In this document: positions 12,488 to 27,987 of the stretch, piece after piece
Position numbering within the stretch: position 1 is the stretch's first letter
Layout: each line of letters starts with the position of its first letter
Source of the DNA: Octopus vulgaris
Lineage: Eukaryota
Assembly (NCBI GenBank): GCA_951406725.2
Contig: OX597821.1
Span: 11,532,001 to 11,596,000 of the forward strand
Length of the DNA: 64,000 nucleotides
Direction of reading: 5' to 3'
The notes under the pieces: model-generated
Told to the model about the DNA's origin: nothing
Database searches by the model: none
Seen by the model: the letters and a program-made list of their open reading frames with translations, nothing else
Translations under genes and position numbers: made by a program

Positions 12488-12889
12488 TGTGTGTGTGTGT
12501 GTGTACTCAAGTTTATAACTATATGTATACCGTTAAACATTTGATGGCCGAATTCCGCTTCGCATTCACAAGATCCGAGTTTGATTTTATTGCTTGGCAT
12601 CTTAAGCAAGTATTCTTTACAATAGACATGTAAGCGCTGTATGTAGAACTGCCAAGACCGAAAAGTATGCGGAGGACATTCGATAGACTTTTACCTTTAT
12701 TTCAAAGGTCCAGACTCACTGTATGACGCTGATTTTCACAGAGCTTTAAATTAATGTAATTTGCTTGATTCAACAGCTGGCTGAACGAAAATCGCCGAAG
12801 CTGATTACACACACACACACACATATATATATTTATACGCATATATATATATATGTATACATATATACAAATATATATATATACATATA

Positions 12890-12984
<95 letters not shown>

Positions 12985-12986
<2 letters not shown>

Positions 12987-13225
12987 GGCTCACTGGTTAG
13001 AGCGGACTCACAATCATGATGTATTGAATTCGATACCCGACCGGGCTGTGTCTTGTGTTCTTGAGCTGTGACGTCACTGCTGCTAAGCTATATCGGTATT
13101 TGCTTTTCTTTTGGACAACATCGGTAGCGTGAAAAGGGGAGGCTTGTACGCATGTGCGACTTCTGGTTTTCTATAAACACCCTTACCTTGACTTGTGCCT
13201 CACAGTGTAGCTTTCTTGATGCAAT
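12985..13225 (+). mobile_element. SINE family D (degenerate, internally deleted)
   Basis: tRNA-like head TGGCTCACTGGTTAGAGC...TTCGATACCCGACCGGGC. The tail matches the reverse complement of 43886-44224. Confidence 0.7.
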
Positions 13226-13229
13226 TTTT

Positions 13230-14078
13230 AAAAAAATTAAAATAACACCGACTTCTCATTTTAACAGATATATTTACCAAAATTACATTAAAATATCTTG
13301 AATACTAAATAGTAAATTCATTCAATAAAATCGCCATTGACTTCAACCGAGCTCTCCAGACAACTTCAGAATATCATGCAACTCTTCTGATTGTCGCTTT
13401 GTTTGAAATTGTGAATGCTGCCAAAATCCTTGCCTTCAGTCCATGTTTGGTGTTACAAAGAATTTTGTTGGTTTCTCACTCAACTGCGCCCTACACATTA
13501 TAATCAAAGGGTGTGCATTATGGGCAGTTAGCTGGTCAGATGTTAGTGGTGATGTGGTCGAAGAAATTGTCTGACAGCCATGACTGTTTTCCTGCTTGTG
13601 TGCTATGGTTCAGAGTCCTGCTGCCAGACATAGGGTCTTCCAGCAGCCACCCTCTTGATCCAAGGCAGCAGTACCTGCTCCAGGCACTTGATGTAGGCTT
13701 CCGGGTTGAGTTTGGGGCTGTGTAAGAAAATGAATGGAGGAATAACTTCGCCATCACTAGTGATCACTGCAAACACCATGCTGTTGACTGCATGGTTCTT
13801 TTTATCACACTCGGTACATGTCCTCAGGTTGCACTGCCCTCAGATTCACATCAAAACACTCTGAAATGTTCGTATTGGAGCATCTGGCGCGAATGCTAAG
13901 CAGTACAGCATGTTGTTTCCAAATTTCTGGCAGAGTGAATTGCGTCATGGTGCTATTTTTCTCAGAGACGATGCTCAACTCACCCTACTATACTGTATAG
14001 TCCACAAAATCAAAAATGAACAATGCGCATGTGCGAAATAAAAGTAACAAATGGCGACAATTTACCCATTGCATCCTC
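13230..14078 (-). mobile_element. Decayed Tc1/mariner-superfamily transposon, DD37D (maT) type
   Basis: The TIR at 14051-14078 matches the TIR at 53701. Decayed QQD...SDNFFDHITTNI...PFDY motifs with stops and frameshifts. Confidence 0.8.
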
Positions 14079-14642
14079 TACATATATATCTAAGGCGACA
14101 TCTGAGCGTTCAGATTTTGCCACACGACCTTCACCAATGATTTCTTTATAGTGATCAAATGTTCGTGCCACGCCATTAGCTCACTCTCTCTATCAAATTG
14201 ATGTTGTCTGAACAGTTGTACTGTGTGCCGCGTGTCAGGTGTCGAAGTGATCACAGAGTAACATGAGATGAAGTGTTTTCCCCAAGACCATACCTCAGCG
14301 CCCGGTCTAGGAATTGAAATCACGATAGACCATGTTTGCAACACCTTACGAAAGCAAGGACGGAAAAAAAACAGAATGTTACACAATTACAAATGCAATT
14401 AACAGGACATAACATCAGGTGTCTTTCGACTAAGGACGAATTAAATTAAGCTTACGGCAGGGACATAAGATCTAACAGGCACAGGGAGGTATATAGATGT
14501 TGCACGGATGGTTGTCGAACCAAGAAAGAAAGGTCAGGCCTGGCCGAATACCGGTCACGCGGGGAGAGAATAGAGAGAGGTAGAGGCAGAAGGATAGAAG
14601 AATTAAGGAGGGGGCGATTAAAAAATGAAAGAGACACAGTGA

Positions 14643-14677
<35 letters not shown>

Positions 14678-15786
14678 CACACACACACACACACAGACAT
14701 ATGCTGCGCATGCATGTTTATAGTTTTGAATTTATGGATCTGTATGCGTATATATCAAGTATGCGTATATTTGTTGGTGCGTACTATGTGTATAAAAATG
14801 TGATAAGCTTCTTGCGTATCAACATCTGAGCTCCTGTAAATTGTCTACGCTTTTGAAAACATATACGGACATATGTATACCTATGGATATATACTTACGT
14901 GCGTATGTGTAGACATACATTTGTAGGTAGATGTACATCCGAATGCTTATATGACGTAAATGTACATATTTTTTAGTGTTTATATGAAAGTACCCCCATG
15001 CCATATGGACAGTGCTGAGTTGTCAAACATTTAAAACAAATTTTCTCAAAACAACTTGTCCTACGTCCCATAGGCCTCCACTTTGAGAGACACTGATTTA
15101 ACCTAAATTTGAAACACTAGCAAAAGAAGAAATAAAGATAGACTTTTTTTCTATTCCAAAGAAAAACGATTTTAATCACATAAATATGCAACCGAAGAGT
15201 TTAAAGTACCAGAAATGATAAGGCTGTTGGCTGGGAGAACACAAATATGGTTTAAACAGTAAACTTGGCAGGAAAGAAACGTGCCTTTAAGCAGTACAAA
15301 AACAACAAAAAATGGAAGGTGCAGTTATGTACAGGTTGACAGAAGAAAACCAGGACAAAAACGATGCAAGCAAATGGGTTAGCTGGAGGTAAATCTAGAT
15401 GGAAAAGCATGATGAACGAAGACGGCAGTGATGACAATGATGATGATGATGATGATGATGATAATTCTCGTGCTTAAGCATCTCCTCCAACCATCACCTC
15501 TCTAACTCAACCCCATAATTTTAACTTCATATGTTCACAACCTACCTACATTACTACAAACACTTTTCGTCCCCACTCATTTGTTTTAATCCATATTGTT
15601 ACTCAACCACCAACATCAAATACCCATGCACACGAGCATACACGGAAACATGCGATGAATGTCGACTAGTTAGACGAGTATGACCTTTCATGTTGTTTCT
15701 GCCGGTTTCAGACTTGTTTACACATTTTTTATAACCATATATACATACGTACATCCATGCTTGCCTGCATACAGACAGATATACAT

Positions 15787-15830
<44 letters not shown>

Positions 15831-15832
<2 letters not shown>

Positions 15833-16036
15833 CGGGAAGCTTTATGAAAATAAACAAAAGACGAAGGCAGGTGGAGTACAAACAAACAATTGTATTAGTA
15901 TGGCGCTCAGGAATATAAATAAAACAAGTCTTTTACGTTTCGAGCCTAAGCTCTTCAACAGAAAGATACACACAAAAGAAACACGGAGAGAAACAAGGAG
16001 AGAAAAAATGCGTGCAGAAGCTAGCGATTCAACATG
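15831..16036 (-). mobile_element. Short (TA)n-anchored element with a hammerhead-like motif (15929-15966), probably Penelope pLTR-derived
   Basis: Near-identical copy at 59112-59320. Minus strand: TCTTT-CTGTTGAA-GAGC TTAG GCTC-GAAA-CG-TA-AAAGA. Confidence 0.65.
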
Positions 16037-16199
16037 GCGATTCTGGCCAGAAGTGGGAGACCAAACATGAGACGCAAGAGCGAAAATAGGGGAGATAACA
16101 GGGTTAAATGACTTCGCCCCAACATAAGGGTGCGTGTATATATATATATACACATAGGTACATACATTTATACAAAGATACATATGTAGTTACATGCAT

Positions 16200-16310
16200 A
16201 CACACATCCGTACACACTTTGAAACATACATACATACATACATACATATACACATACATACATACATACATACATATACACATACATACATACATATACA
16301 CATACATACA

Positions 16311-16341
<31 letters not shown>

Positions 16342-16522
16342 TTACATACATACATACATACATACTTACATACATACATACATATACACATACATACATG
16401 CATATACACATACATACATACATACATACATACTTACATACATACATACTTACATACATACATACTTACATACATACACACATACATACATACATACATA
16501 CATACATACATACATACACACA

Positions 16523-16554
<32 letters not shown>

Positions 16555-16585
16555 CACATACATACATACACACATACATACATAA
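16200..16585. repeat. (CATA)n microsatellite
   Basis: Directly visible. Similar long tracts lie at 22400-22870, 55640-55980 and 57100-57250. Confidence 0.95.
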
Positions 16586-17483
16586 GAGCTTATCTATTGT
16601 CTTCTTCATTGAATTGTTCTTTCTTCTCGGCGTTTTCCCACTCTGCCTCCCCAATTCTTTATTTCATTTGTGACCATGGCAGCCATCGGTTTTTCTCATA
16701 ATTAGGGTTGCGTAATTGGTGCCGGAATAATTGTTTTTCGGTAATTGGTTTCTAGCTTTCTTCTTCCGGATTCGCATTCAAATTATCTTTCGTTCATCTA
16801 CCGGGAAGTAAATGCAATTAGGTACCAGGTATTTGAGTAAAGCGTCTACGTGCTGAGGATGTTGCTGTGCGCCATCACAGAGTGCTGGGTTCAATGTTTT
16901 TGCAAGCAGTGAGATAGCTCTGTAGGTTTTTCGGACCCTACCACTACAGCACCGAAAATATCCGGGACCACACGCAGGTGTAGGCGACGGGATATCTGTG
17001 CAACCGTTAAAAGTTTGTTTAGTCAGATGTTTTGGCTTTGATCGATAAATCTATGTCACCATCAGGGCAGGAAGTTACAGAGAGGTTTCATTCATTCTGT
17101 TGAAAGAAAAAAGAACGAAAAAAAAACCCAAAGAAGTACCTGAAATAAACAGAGGCAGTGTTATTGCCTGTATCTTTTGCTGACATTGGAAAACTGACCA
17201 CGTCAAAGGAAATCAATATTATTTTTCATGAGTGATTATATATCTAGTTAAAGAATTATTTATAAGGGGACTGATAATGATTCATTATTTTAGAAACCTC
17301 TCAATCAACTCCTATGACTTTCTGACATCTAATCAATGGATGTAAGAACGTGTGTATGAATGTTGGTATGCATGCATGTACCCACGTATGTGTATACGTC
17401 TGTATGCATATATGAATCTATCAATGTGTGTTTATATATAATTATATATATATATAATATTTATATACACACATACTCACACA

Positions 17484-17533
<50 letters not shown>

Positions 17534-17934
17534 TATATACGTATATACCTATCTACTAACGCAGATATCTCTCTCCCTCCCTCTCATTTCCCCCTCTCTC
17601 TCACCCCTCCCTTCTCTCTCTATCTATACATATATATAGATAGATAGTTAGACAGAGAGAAGGGAATAAAAGACAGTGAAGAAAGAGAGAGAGAGGGATG
17701 GGAAGAGAGATAGCTGCATTAGTAGATAAGTATATGAGGATATATTTGTGTGTGTTTGTGTGTGTGAGTGTGTGTGTACAAATATATATATATATATATA
17801 TATAGCAAATGAAAGACGTCTGTGTGCGTGTGTATACATTCATATGGCTGTTAAACAGGCGTGTGCCTAGAGTGTGTGAGTGTATGTATAGCTGTGCTTA
17901 TTCATATTCATAGATATTCTCATACACACTAAAC

Positions 17935-18110
17935 CGTTAATCTCTACCTTCTTTTCTCTGTCACTTTTTCTCTCTGTCAATCCTTTCTGTCGAAGAGCGT
18001 AGGTGCGAAACGTCAAATACATTCCCATTCTTCCCGAGTGCTAAACTAATACATTTGCTTGTTAGTCTTTCATCTTCCTTCGTCTTTTGTCTTTTGTAAA
18101 TGTAAACTGT
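17935..18110 (+). mobile_element. Diverged relative of the 15831/59112 element with a hammerhead-like motif (17984-18017)
   Basis: TTT-CTGTCGAA-GAGCGTAGGTGC-GAAA-CG-TC-AAA, then ACTAATACA...CCTTCGTCTTTTG shared with the 15831 element, ending in (TA)n. Confidence 0.6.
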
Positions 18111-18564
18111 ATATATATATATATATATATTTATATATCAATGAGTAACGAAAAGGGACATGTGCCAATTCATTACGGCCGTTTCAAGCGATTCTTTTAT
18201 TTGATTAATGCAAACATTACATCATTGCAAAGAAACTGTTTTCATCGGAAAACTGCATAGACTTACAACAGTGTTTCAACATATTCGTATTACCAACGGT
18301 TCTAAGATATTTACATTGATACTGGTGCTATATCTTTGGCATACACTGCAGGAATATCAAGTGCAATCACTTCTGCAAACAGAGTATGATATTTATCTGA
18401 TATTGTTCGGGTGTGCAGATTAGATTGCTGTAACAAAGTGCTTCAATTTAGGTTTCAACGGCATGAAACCAATAGCAGCTACTATTTATGTATTGTGTAT
18501 AATAAATGATGTCGCGCACATGGAGTACTTCGTTTGTTCCAGTAATGGAAGGGTAAAGTCTCTT

Positions 18565-18606
<42 letters not shown>

Positions 18607-18798
18607 TCTTTCTTTCTTTGTCTGTTTATGTACAATTATATGACGGTTAAACAGGCTGAAACTTCGAAGTCAATATGACGCTTGTTGTTAAAGAATCATA
18701 GATATATACACTCTATGAAAAGAAAAAATCGATCAATTTAAAGTAAAATTAGTTTTAAAAATGAGTTTATGTATAAATACATACATACAAACACACAC

Positions 18799-18862
<64 letters not shown>

Positions 18863-19002
18863 TTTCTGAAATAAAATTTGTATATATATATATATATATA
18901 TGTGTATATATACAAATTGGATATTAATTTGATAACATCAATTTTAACATCAGTGCTCTAGCATATAAAAAAACTAAGATTCAGTAAATAGTATTTCATG
19001 CA

Positions 19003-19456
19003 TAAATATAAGAGGGAATTTTTTTAACCACTATGTGGAAACCCTTATGCTAGAAGAAAATCCGCTATGGTCTTAACCACTAAGAATTGTTCTCCAGATA
19101 ATTCAGCACATACGAAGATTTTGAAAATAACCGCAAACGTAATAGGTAGAACTACATGCATTTTCGACCTCTAGTTGATATCTCGCGTGAAGTTCTACAA
19201 AGTATATTCTGCATAGACGATCATACTGATGATCTACAGATAAATTGTCCAAGTAAAATTACGTAATTTGTTGATAGTGAAACAATTGTTTATGATTAAT
19301 CTATATTTTTGGTACTTTTCATTTGTCTTGCTCGCTTACGTTTCTGGTGGGCTAAATTTTCTGGAAAACAATTCCTAGCGGTTAAGACCATAGCGGATCT
19401 TCTTCTAGCATAAGGGTTTCCATATCGGGGTTAAAAAAAAATCCCTTTTATATTTA
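19003..19456. mobile_element. Long-TIR MITE / foldback element
   Basis: ~105-bp imperfect inverted repeats (19003-19110 vs ~19348-19456), including GGAAACCCTTATGCTAGAAGAA / TTCTTCTAGCATAAGGGTTTCC. Confidence 0.8.
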
Positions 19457-19505
19457 AGTATATATATATAGAGAGAGAGAGAGAGAAAGAGAGAGGGAGA
19501 GAGAG

Positions 19506-19544
<39 letters not shown>

Positions 19545-19588
19545 GAAAGATAGAGAAATTTCTGAAATAAAATTAGTATATATACATG

Positions 19589-19673
<85 letters not shown>

Positions 19674-20261
19674 GAATGTATCTGGTGGACGCGTCTGAAA
19701 GGATTGGAGACAAACACTTTCCTCTCTGGTCAATCTCTCATCAACTTCTTCAAGTACCACTTGAAAAGGAAAGTGAGAGTAGAGAGGCAAGTTTTGTCTA
19801 GCGAATGTTTTAAAAAAAGATGGGTGAATGTAGCAAGAATGGCACGTATGAATGACGAAGCCACCTTGAGCATAGTCCTATGAACCCAGAAATCGAAAAC
19901 AGAGAGTTGCTTATTTGCAAAAAAAAAAAAAGAAATATAAAATGTGACATCATTGACCGAGGTTACCGTGGTCTTTTCCGTAGGCTTTTCTTTGCACGGG
20001 TAAACCTCACCTGTCCTCCCCTTTACACTTCATATTGACATTTCTGTGATAACGATCCCTATTGATCAATTTTTTTTCCTCCCCCCCCTTTTTTTAAACC
20101 CCCTTTTTTTTGTCCTCTATCTCTCCTTTTACGATCCCTTTTGATCGAAACTCCCCCTTCCTTTTTTTTTTTTTTTTTTTTTTCTTAAACCTTCAAAAGA
20201 AAAGCTCTACCTTGTAATTTGTTCTATCTGTGTGCAGCCCTGTGTGGCTAATAAAGAAACA
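19674..20261 (+). mobile_element. 3' end of a Tx1/L1-clade LINE embedded in (TATC)n
   Basis: An open 69-codon frame 19674-19883 reads ECIWWTRLK...FKKRWVN...*, resembling L1/Tx1 ORF2 C-termini. A T/C-rich 3' UTR and AATAAA at 20250 follow, with (TATC)n on both sides. Confidence 0.65.
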
Positions 20262-20543
<282 letters not shown>

Positions 20544-21199
20544 GTGTATATGTATAAAAATGTATTATATCGATTATATCGAAAACAGTCAACTTTTGTG
20601 TTCGCCATTTGCTGGCTATATAACGAACAGAAATGCTAGCAACAACAATAGGAGCAACAGCGTCCACATAACTATACCAACTGTAGCATTATCAATAAGA
20701 CTATTATTTCAAATAATCACATTTAATACAAAATTCTTCCGCATTTTTCTTCTTCGCTCTCTCATATACTTAAAGGATTAAAACGCAAGAGAAAATTACT
20801 ATGAAAACTAATCCAATATTTGTAATTTTACTCATTATAGCTGTAGGTTCTATTGTTGTTGTTTTTGTAATTCTTGCTTTTGTTGTTATTGTTTTTGATG
20901 AATTCTTTTTGTTTTTGTTGTTGTTGTTCTGTTCTTTCCTGAAAGGAAGACGTAATTGTCTTGCTGCGTGCTGACCAAATTCTTAAGTCTTTCATCTCGC
21001 TGTGTAGGCATTCCGATATAATTACAAAGAATGTCCGCGTATATTTGTGTATGTCTATAGATGCTTAAGAATATGTATGTATATATGTATATACATATGT
21101 AGTTGTGTATATCTATAGATACATATATATATAGATACATATATATATATATATGTATACATTTATGTATGTATATATATATGTGTGTGTGTGTGTGTG

Positions 21200-21240
<41 letters not shown>

Positions 21241-21683
21241 TGATAGATATAGATACATATGTGTTTATATATGTATCCAAATACATATAAGGAAATACGC
21301 ATATATAAACATATATATGTCTTTGTGTGTGTGTATGTATATGTGCGTGTCTATAGATATGTATATAGGCACTTCGAGGTACATGTATGAGTGCAACCAC
21401 ACTCACATTAATTAAATACACGTATGCTTTACTAATTTGTTGAGAAAGAAATAGTTGTATACGCAGACATATATTTCTCATTAGCACGTATCAAAACTTA
21501 TTCATATCTATATTTAATTATTGTTCATACAAGCAAAAGGACGTATACAATTACACACGCCGCATGCAAAATACACACACACAGACACACACACACATAC
21601 GCCATGTGAAATGCAAGCCATCATCTCGTAATAAACTTTCTATTCTATCTACATTATATATGTGTGTGTATATATATATATAT

Positions 21684-22085
21684 AGGCATAGGAGTGACTG
21701 TGTGGTAAGTAGCTTGCTTATGAACCACATGGTTCCGGGTTCAGTCCCACTGCGTGGCACCTTGGGCAAGTGTCTTCTACTCTAGCCTCGGGCCGACCAA
21801 AGCTTTCTGAGTGGATTTGGTAGACGGAAACTGAAAGAAGCCCATCGTATATACGTATATATATGTATGTGTGTGTATATGTCTGTGTATCTGTATTTGT
21901 ACTCCCAACATCGCTTGACAACCGATACTGGTGTGTTTACGTCCACGTAACTTAGCGGTTCGGCAAAAGAGTCCGATTGAATAAGTACTAGACTTACAAA
22001 GAATAAGTCTTAGTGTCGATTTGCTCGACTAAAGGCGGTGCTCCAGCAAGGCCAGGGTCAAATGACTGAAACAAGTAAAGAGAGT
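21684..22085 (+). mobile_element. SINE family B, full length
   Basis: A box GTGACTGTGTGG, B box GGTTCAGTCCC, ACCTTGGGCAAGT, internal microsatellite and a LINE-like 3' end. Confidence 0.9.
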
Positions 22086-22278
22086 ATATATATATATATA
22101 AATATATACATATATATATATATATATATATTGATAAAAATGGTTAGACAACAAAAGAATGAAAGAGACCTCGATATTATGTAAATAGAGGAATTTATCT
22201 ATAAAATATATATCAGCCAAGAGAATTGCAAACGTCACTGAATGGAGCGCCCCTACATATTTTACGGGTTTGAGCTTC

Positions 22279-22342
<64 letters not shown>

Positions 22343-24867
22343 CTCGTGTGTGTATGCCTGTGCATGCGTGTTCGTGTGTTTGTGTATATATATACCTGCA
22401 TTTATACATACATACATACATGCATACATACATACATACATACATACATACATACATACATACATACATACGTACAGACATACATACATACATACATACA
22501 TACGTACATACGTACATACATACATACATACATGCATACATACATACATACATACATACATACATACATACATACATACATACATACATACATACATACA
22601 TACATACATACATACATACATACATACATACGTACATACGTACATACATACATACATACATACATGCATACATACATACATACATACATACGTACATACG
22701 TACATACATACATACGTACATACATACATACGTACATACGTACATACACACATACATACATACATACGTATATACATACGTACGTACATACGTACATACA
22801 TTCATACATACATATATACGTACATACGTACATAGATACATACATGCATGCATACATACATGCATACATACAGCGGAAGAGAATATTCAATCAAAAGTTC
22901 AGGAAAAACTGAGTATTCATGGCGAATAAATGCAGTACTTACATCTCTTGTACGCTGACTATGAATACTGATTTGTACCTATCATTTTTTTTAGGTTTTG
23001 TGTCTACAAATTTGCATAAACACCCAGAAATATTTTGTTTCACGGAAAAAGAGCAACAGAGAGTGACGCAACTACTCCAAACCTACTCTGTAAGTGGCAC
23101 AGTGAGGATTTATAAGACATTCTCAAAATTCTCTGTCTGAGATTCTTATGCGATCAGAGGCACACACATGCGTGTATACCTATACAGGTTGATCAGCTCA
23201 TCAACTCAATATCATCATAACTTTCATAGCTCAAAATGTCTTGTCCCTTTGTAAGCAGCCGTTGTGAACGGGCTCAAGAAGAACTTGAATTAAACTCATG
23301 AAAAAACATATATAGATACACAGCTGTGTAATCGTATCGCTTTTAATCGATGGTAAAGTCTTTATATTGGATGGAGATAAAACTTTTATATGGATAAGTC
23401 CAATTTAACCGCAGAAACAAAAGGGACGACGGAATCTCCATAACGGAATCATGTTGTTTTGGAGGCTCTTTTCTTGGACCGCCTGTTCTATGCACCAAGT
23501 TTGAGATGCTTTGACACATGATAGAGATGACCTTGTCAACAGAATACTTGGCGTGGTTTTCTCTTTGCACTAACAAATAAATATCTTGTGGATTTCCCCA
23601 AGAACTCGGCAGAGAGTTATCTCTTTCAGTTTCACTATGGTGATGTTCTTGGCTTCCTTAGTTCATTAACTGTGTTAGGTACAAAACTTGTTCACATTTT
23701 TTCAGAGTAAGTCTAAATGCATGACCACCAATCGAGATGAAAGCTACATGACAAGTTATTCCAAGGATGACCACAACTCAGGTCAGTATCATGTACCTTT
23801 CGTTTTATGGCGCTGAAAGTAACAAAGGTTTCCCTACACGCAAGGAAATTCTCTCCAGTGAGTTTAAATAAGCCTCAAAACATCTGACAATCAAGCGTTA
23901 CAAGATTAGCAGGACCTTGTTTCTAGAGGGTAAATGTAAAATGCATTATTCTCCAAGGACCAGAAATTTTGACTACGAGGAAGATGTTTAAAATTCGCCT
24001 TGATAATATATGAGGCAGATTCCCATGAGGGCTCAATGCATCTTATAGATTGTGTACAAAACCAAAGTAGTGATTTACAGTGATATTTCAATGCAATCTC
24101 GCTATCACTGTTCAAGGGAAGCTGGCCACTGCTCTTTTGCTGAATATCAAACGATATCGTATGCAATACGCTGAAGAGTTCCACACCCTAATAGATAAAG
24201 AAGATGACTCAACTACAATACTATTTTCAGGGACACACATAATGAAATTCAGGTGCTATCAAACCTATTGGGGAAGTTGAAATTCCTGGCATAGTACTGT
24301 GAGATACATTTCTGCTGCGGTTGCTTAAAGAAGAATTCTGTCAGGTAAATAAAAGGGGAATATTGTGGAGTATACGAGTATGTTTTATGGAACTTAAGTG
24401 TTTATTTCCCCACTTGGTTTTCTCAGCACCACGCTCTTTAGGTGAGAAATGTAACAACTCGGTTTAATGTTGTATTAGTATTTAGTAGTGTTGAGGTGAT
24501 CGCTTAATTGTGTCTGGTCATAGTCTTCCTTTCAACTGTTGTTGATTGGTTTGTATATTTTGACTTGTCAAAGGTTATTTTTTGCGAAGTTATGTATATT
24601 TCATATTTTTTTGTATTTCTTGAATCGGTGAGTGTATGTTTTGAATAGTTTTTGCTTTGTTTGTATAGTTTAACTTACATTGGTTTGTATATTTACTGAG
24701 TAAAAGCGATTTGTCGCTAACAATACCTTAGTGGTAGAACTTTAACGAAAAGTTGAGAGAAAAATAGAAGATGATGATGATGATGATGATTATGAGGTGA
24801 ACGACGACGATAATGATGGTTTCCCATTTTGCCATAAGGGCAGTGCTTTTGGAGGAGAGAGATGTCG

Positions 24868-24988
24868 ATTACAAGGATGATAGGCAAAGTCGATCTTGGT
24901 AGAATTTGAACTCAGAACTTAGTAACGGGCGCAATACAACTGGGCATTTCGTCCAACGCGCTAACAATTCTGCCAGCTCGCCGCCTTC
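24868..24988 (-). mobile_element. SINE family A, 5' part
   Basis: GAATTTGAACTCAGAAC...TTCTGCCAGCTCGCCGCC matches the family A head in reverse. Confidence 0.75.
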
Positions 24989-24989
24989 A

Positions 24990-25026
24990 ATAATAATAAT
25001 AATGATGATGATGATGATGATGGTAA

Positions 25027-25060
<34 letters not shown>

Positions 25061-25074
25061 GGTGGTGATGATGG

Positions 25075-25132
<58 letters not shown>

Positions 25133-25161
25133 GGTGGTGGTGGTGGAGGTGGTGGTGGTGG

Positions 25162-25205
<44 letters not shown>

Positions 25206-25302
25206 GTGGTGGTAGTGGTGGTGGTGGTGGTGGTGTTGATGATGGTCATGATGGTCATGATGATGATGATGATGATGATGATGATAATGATGATGATGAT
25301 GA
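24990..25302. repeat. Alternating (ATG)n/(GTG)n trinucleotide array
   Basis: Directly visible. It produces the spurious poly-M/V and poly-I/T ORFs. Confidence 0.95.
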
Positions 25303-25840
25303 TGCCCTGATGCAGTATCATGCAGTGGCTCTCATGGCTTCTGATCTTAACTAATTGGAAGTAAGATGGACTACAGCAAATATTCTGCTCAATACCACAG
25401 ATTTGCTTGTCAGTTGTTTGACCTTAAACAGTTGAGCATCTCCCTTGGTGACTGACGATATGTTATTTTTGATCAAGGGCAACAGTAGTGGAAGAGCATC
25501 ATAGCCATGTGTTGAAAGGAATTCTTCAGAGTTTAGATACTCCACCTCTGCAAACATGAGTGTTTCGTTCAATATCCTTAAATAACACTTATTCAGGGAC
25601 ATTTTGAGCGGGATGGACTACTCGACTTGAAGAAAGTTCTAACCGGGCCCCACCTGTAAAGTCATGCACTGTTTATCAGGATATGAGATCACCATGTCGC
25701 GCATATATGTTTATGATGCACGTGCCTGGTGTACCCTTATAGACGAGTAGTCATGATGGGTATACTAGGCTTCGTATATTTCCCCCTGTATCACTTTGAT
25801 GGCAAGCACTGCTCTCTCAGTCAGTAATAATAATAACAAC
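25303..25840 (+). mobile_element. Interspersed repeat with an (AAT)n tail, possibly a non-LTR (R4/Dong or RTE-like) UTR derivative
   Basis: The internal part recurs at ~41850-42010 (AGCAAATATTCTGCTCAAT...TTTGACCTTAA). The element ends in AATAATAAT. Confidence 0.6.
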
Positions 25841-26437
25841 TACTACAAAAACGATAATAATGATAATAATAATCATTTCTACAATAGGCACAAGGCCTGC
25901 AATTTTGAGGGAAGGGAAGGGCTAGTCTATTACATCGGCCCCTGTATTTGTCTACTACATTATTTTATCTACCCTGAACGGGTTGACATCAGTAAGATTT
26001 AAACCACAAGGCAAAGAATCGGAAGTTATGCTGCTAAGCATATTGTCCCGAGACGTGAATGATTCGTAATACTTCAAATACTTTGAAAGAAAAGTTGACT
26101 AAAAATATTTAAAAACCTTGAGATTTTCACCTTATGGATATGGTCACCTAAACCATATCAGCAGCACTTGAACGATATGAGTTAATCAAAACGGGCTAGA
26201 AAAAATAATCACCAACAAATTCCCAGTAAACAACACCATGCTAGAACATAAACGAAACAATACTGATAAGAATAACACATATACTATGGAGGGTACTGTC
26301 CAGAAATTAACAACGTCTATCTTGCATAACCGGCGGGCCATAGTTTTGGTCTCGTTGATACGATATAAACGCCTGAGACGTATTTTAAATTAATGATGAT
26401 TTTGATGATGATGATGACGACAGCGTATATACTGATA

Positions 26438-26481
<44 letters not shown>

Positions 26482-27069
26482 ATAACGGTGACGACGACTA
26501 TGATGATGATATTAATAATTCATGCGATGTTGAAGGCTGTATCTGGGGTAATGAATATATATTAAACAAAGAAAACAATTGCTTGAGAGGCTGTAATGGA
26601 TGAGAACGTAGATAAAAGAGTAGAATATATGTTTAAGGACACAGAATGTTAGGATAGGAAATAAAATATATAATTGTAGGTAGAGGGGGAAAAAAAAACT
26701 ATGAACAAATGAAAATCATAAATGATTTAAAGAGAGCTACTGACGGCTAACTATTAACAGTTAATGACTTACAAATACATCAGAAGAATGTGGTTATATA
26801 GTGATAGCAAAATAACATTACAGAAAATAACAACGAAATATAGAAAAGAAAGGGAAGACTCTTTGTTGCCTTTAAAACGACTGTGATCTACCGATGGCTA
26901 AAAGCTTCCTGGCGCAACCAGTTGAATGGTTGGCGTATGCACGCGCACTTGCATATCCATATACATTTGCGTGTGTGTCTGTATGTCCACAGACACATAT
27001 ACACATGCAGACACATACACACATACATATGTACGTGTATATGTATATATATACAGATATACATATGTA

Positions 27070-27121
<52 letters not shown>

Positions 27122-27124
27122 AAC

Positions 27125-27241
<117 letters not shown>

Positions 27242-27946
27242 TACTCACAGACATATATATACATACATGTATATATATATATATGTATATATATATACAC
27301 GCATATGTTTATCTATATGCACACACATACACATATATATTATATATACACAGATACATTCATAAAAATGCTTGCAGGTAAAAAAGCAAACGTACGAGTG
27401 ATAATGTTCTCAACTGCGACTGGAAAAGTTCAGACCAGATAGTGGCAGCTTAAAATTAATTCAGCTGAAGTTGAAACTAAAAATGAAAAATAAAAATGTT
27501 GCTTTTAGTTTCATTCAAATGTAAATGTAGAAAACTTCTGTAGAGTCTAACTCCTCCGTCGACAGATGCTCTTTGTAAAAATTCCTAGTAAAAACTCCCG
27601 CTGAAATAAAATATAGTGCATGAGGACGAGAGGTGTATGAAACGCTCGTATACAATGGCGACGTAGCATGTCTCATAATTTTTTAGTTTTTCAGAAATGG
27701 CTGCGTGGTATGATGCTCGCTTCTCAATCACGTGGTTCTGGGTTCAATTCCACAATGCGGTGCTTTGGGCAATTGTCTGCCACAATAGCCCCTGGCAGAA
27801 ACTGAAAGACGGAAACTGTAAGAAGCTCATCGTATATATAAACATATTTGTATGTATGTATGCATGTATGTATGTATGTATGTATGTATGTATGTATGTA
27901 TGTATGTATGTATGCTCGTACGTATGTATAGATGTATGTGTGTGCC

Positions 27947-27986
<40 letters not shown>

Positions 27987-27987
27987 A

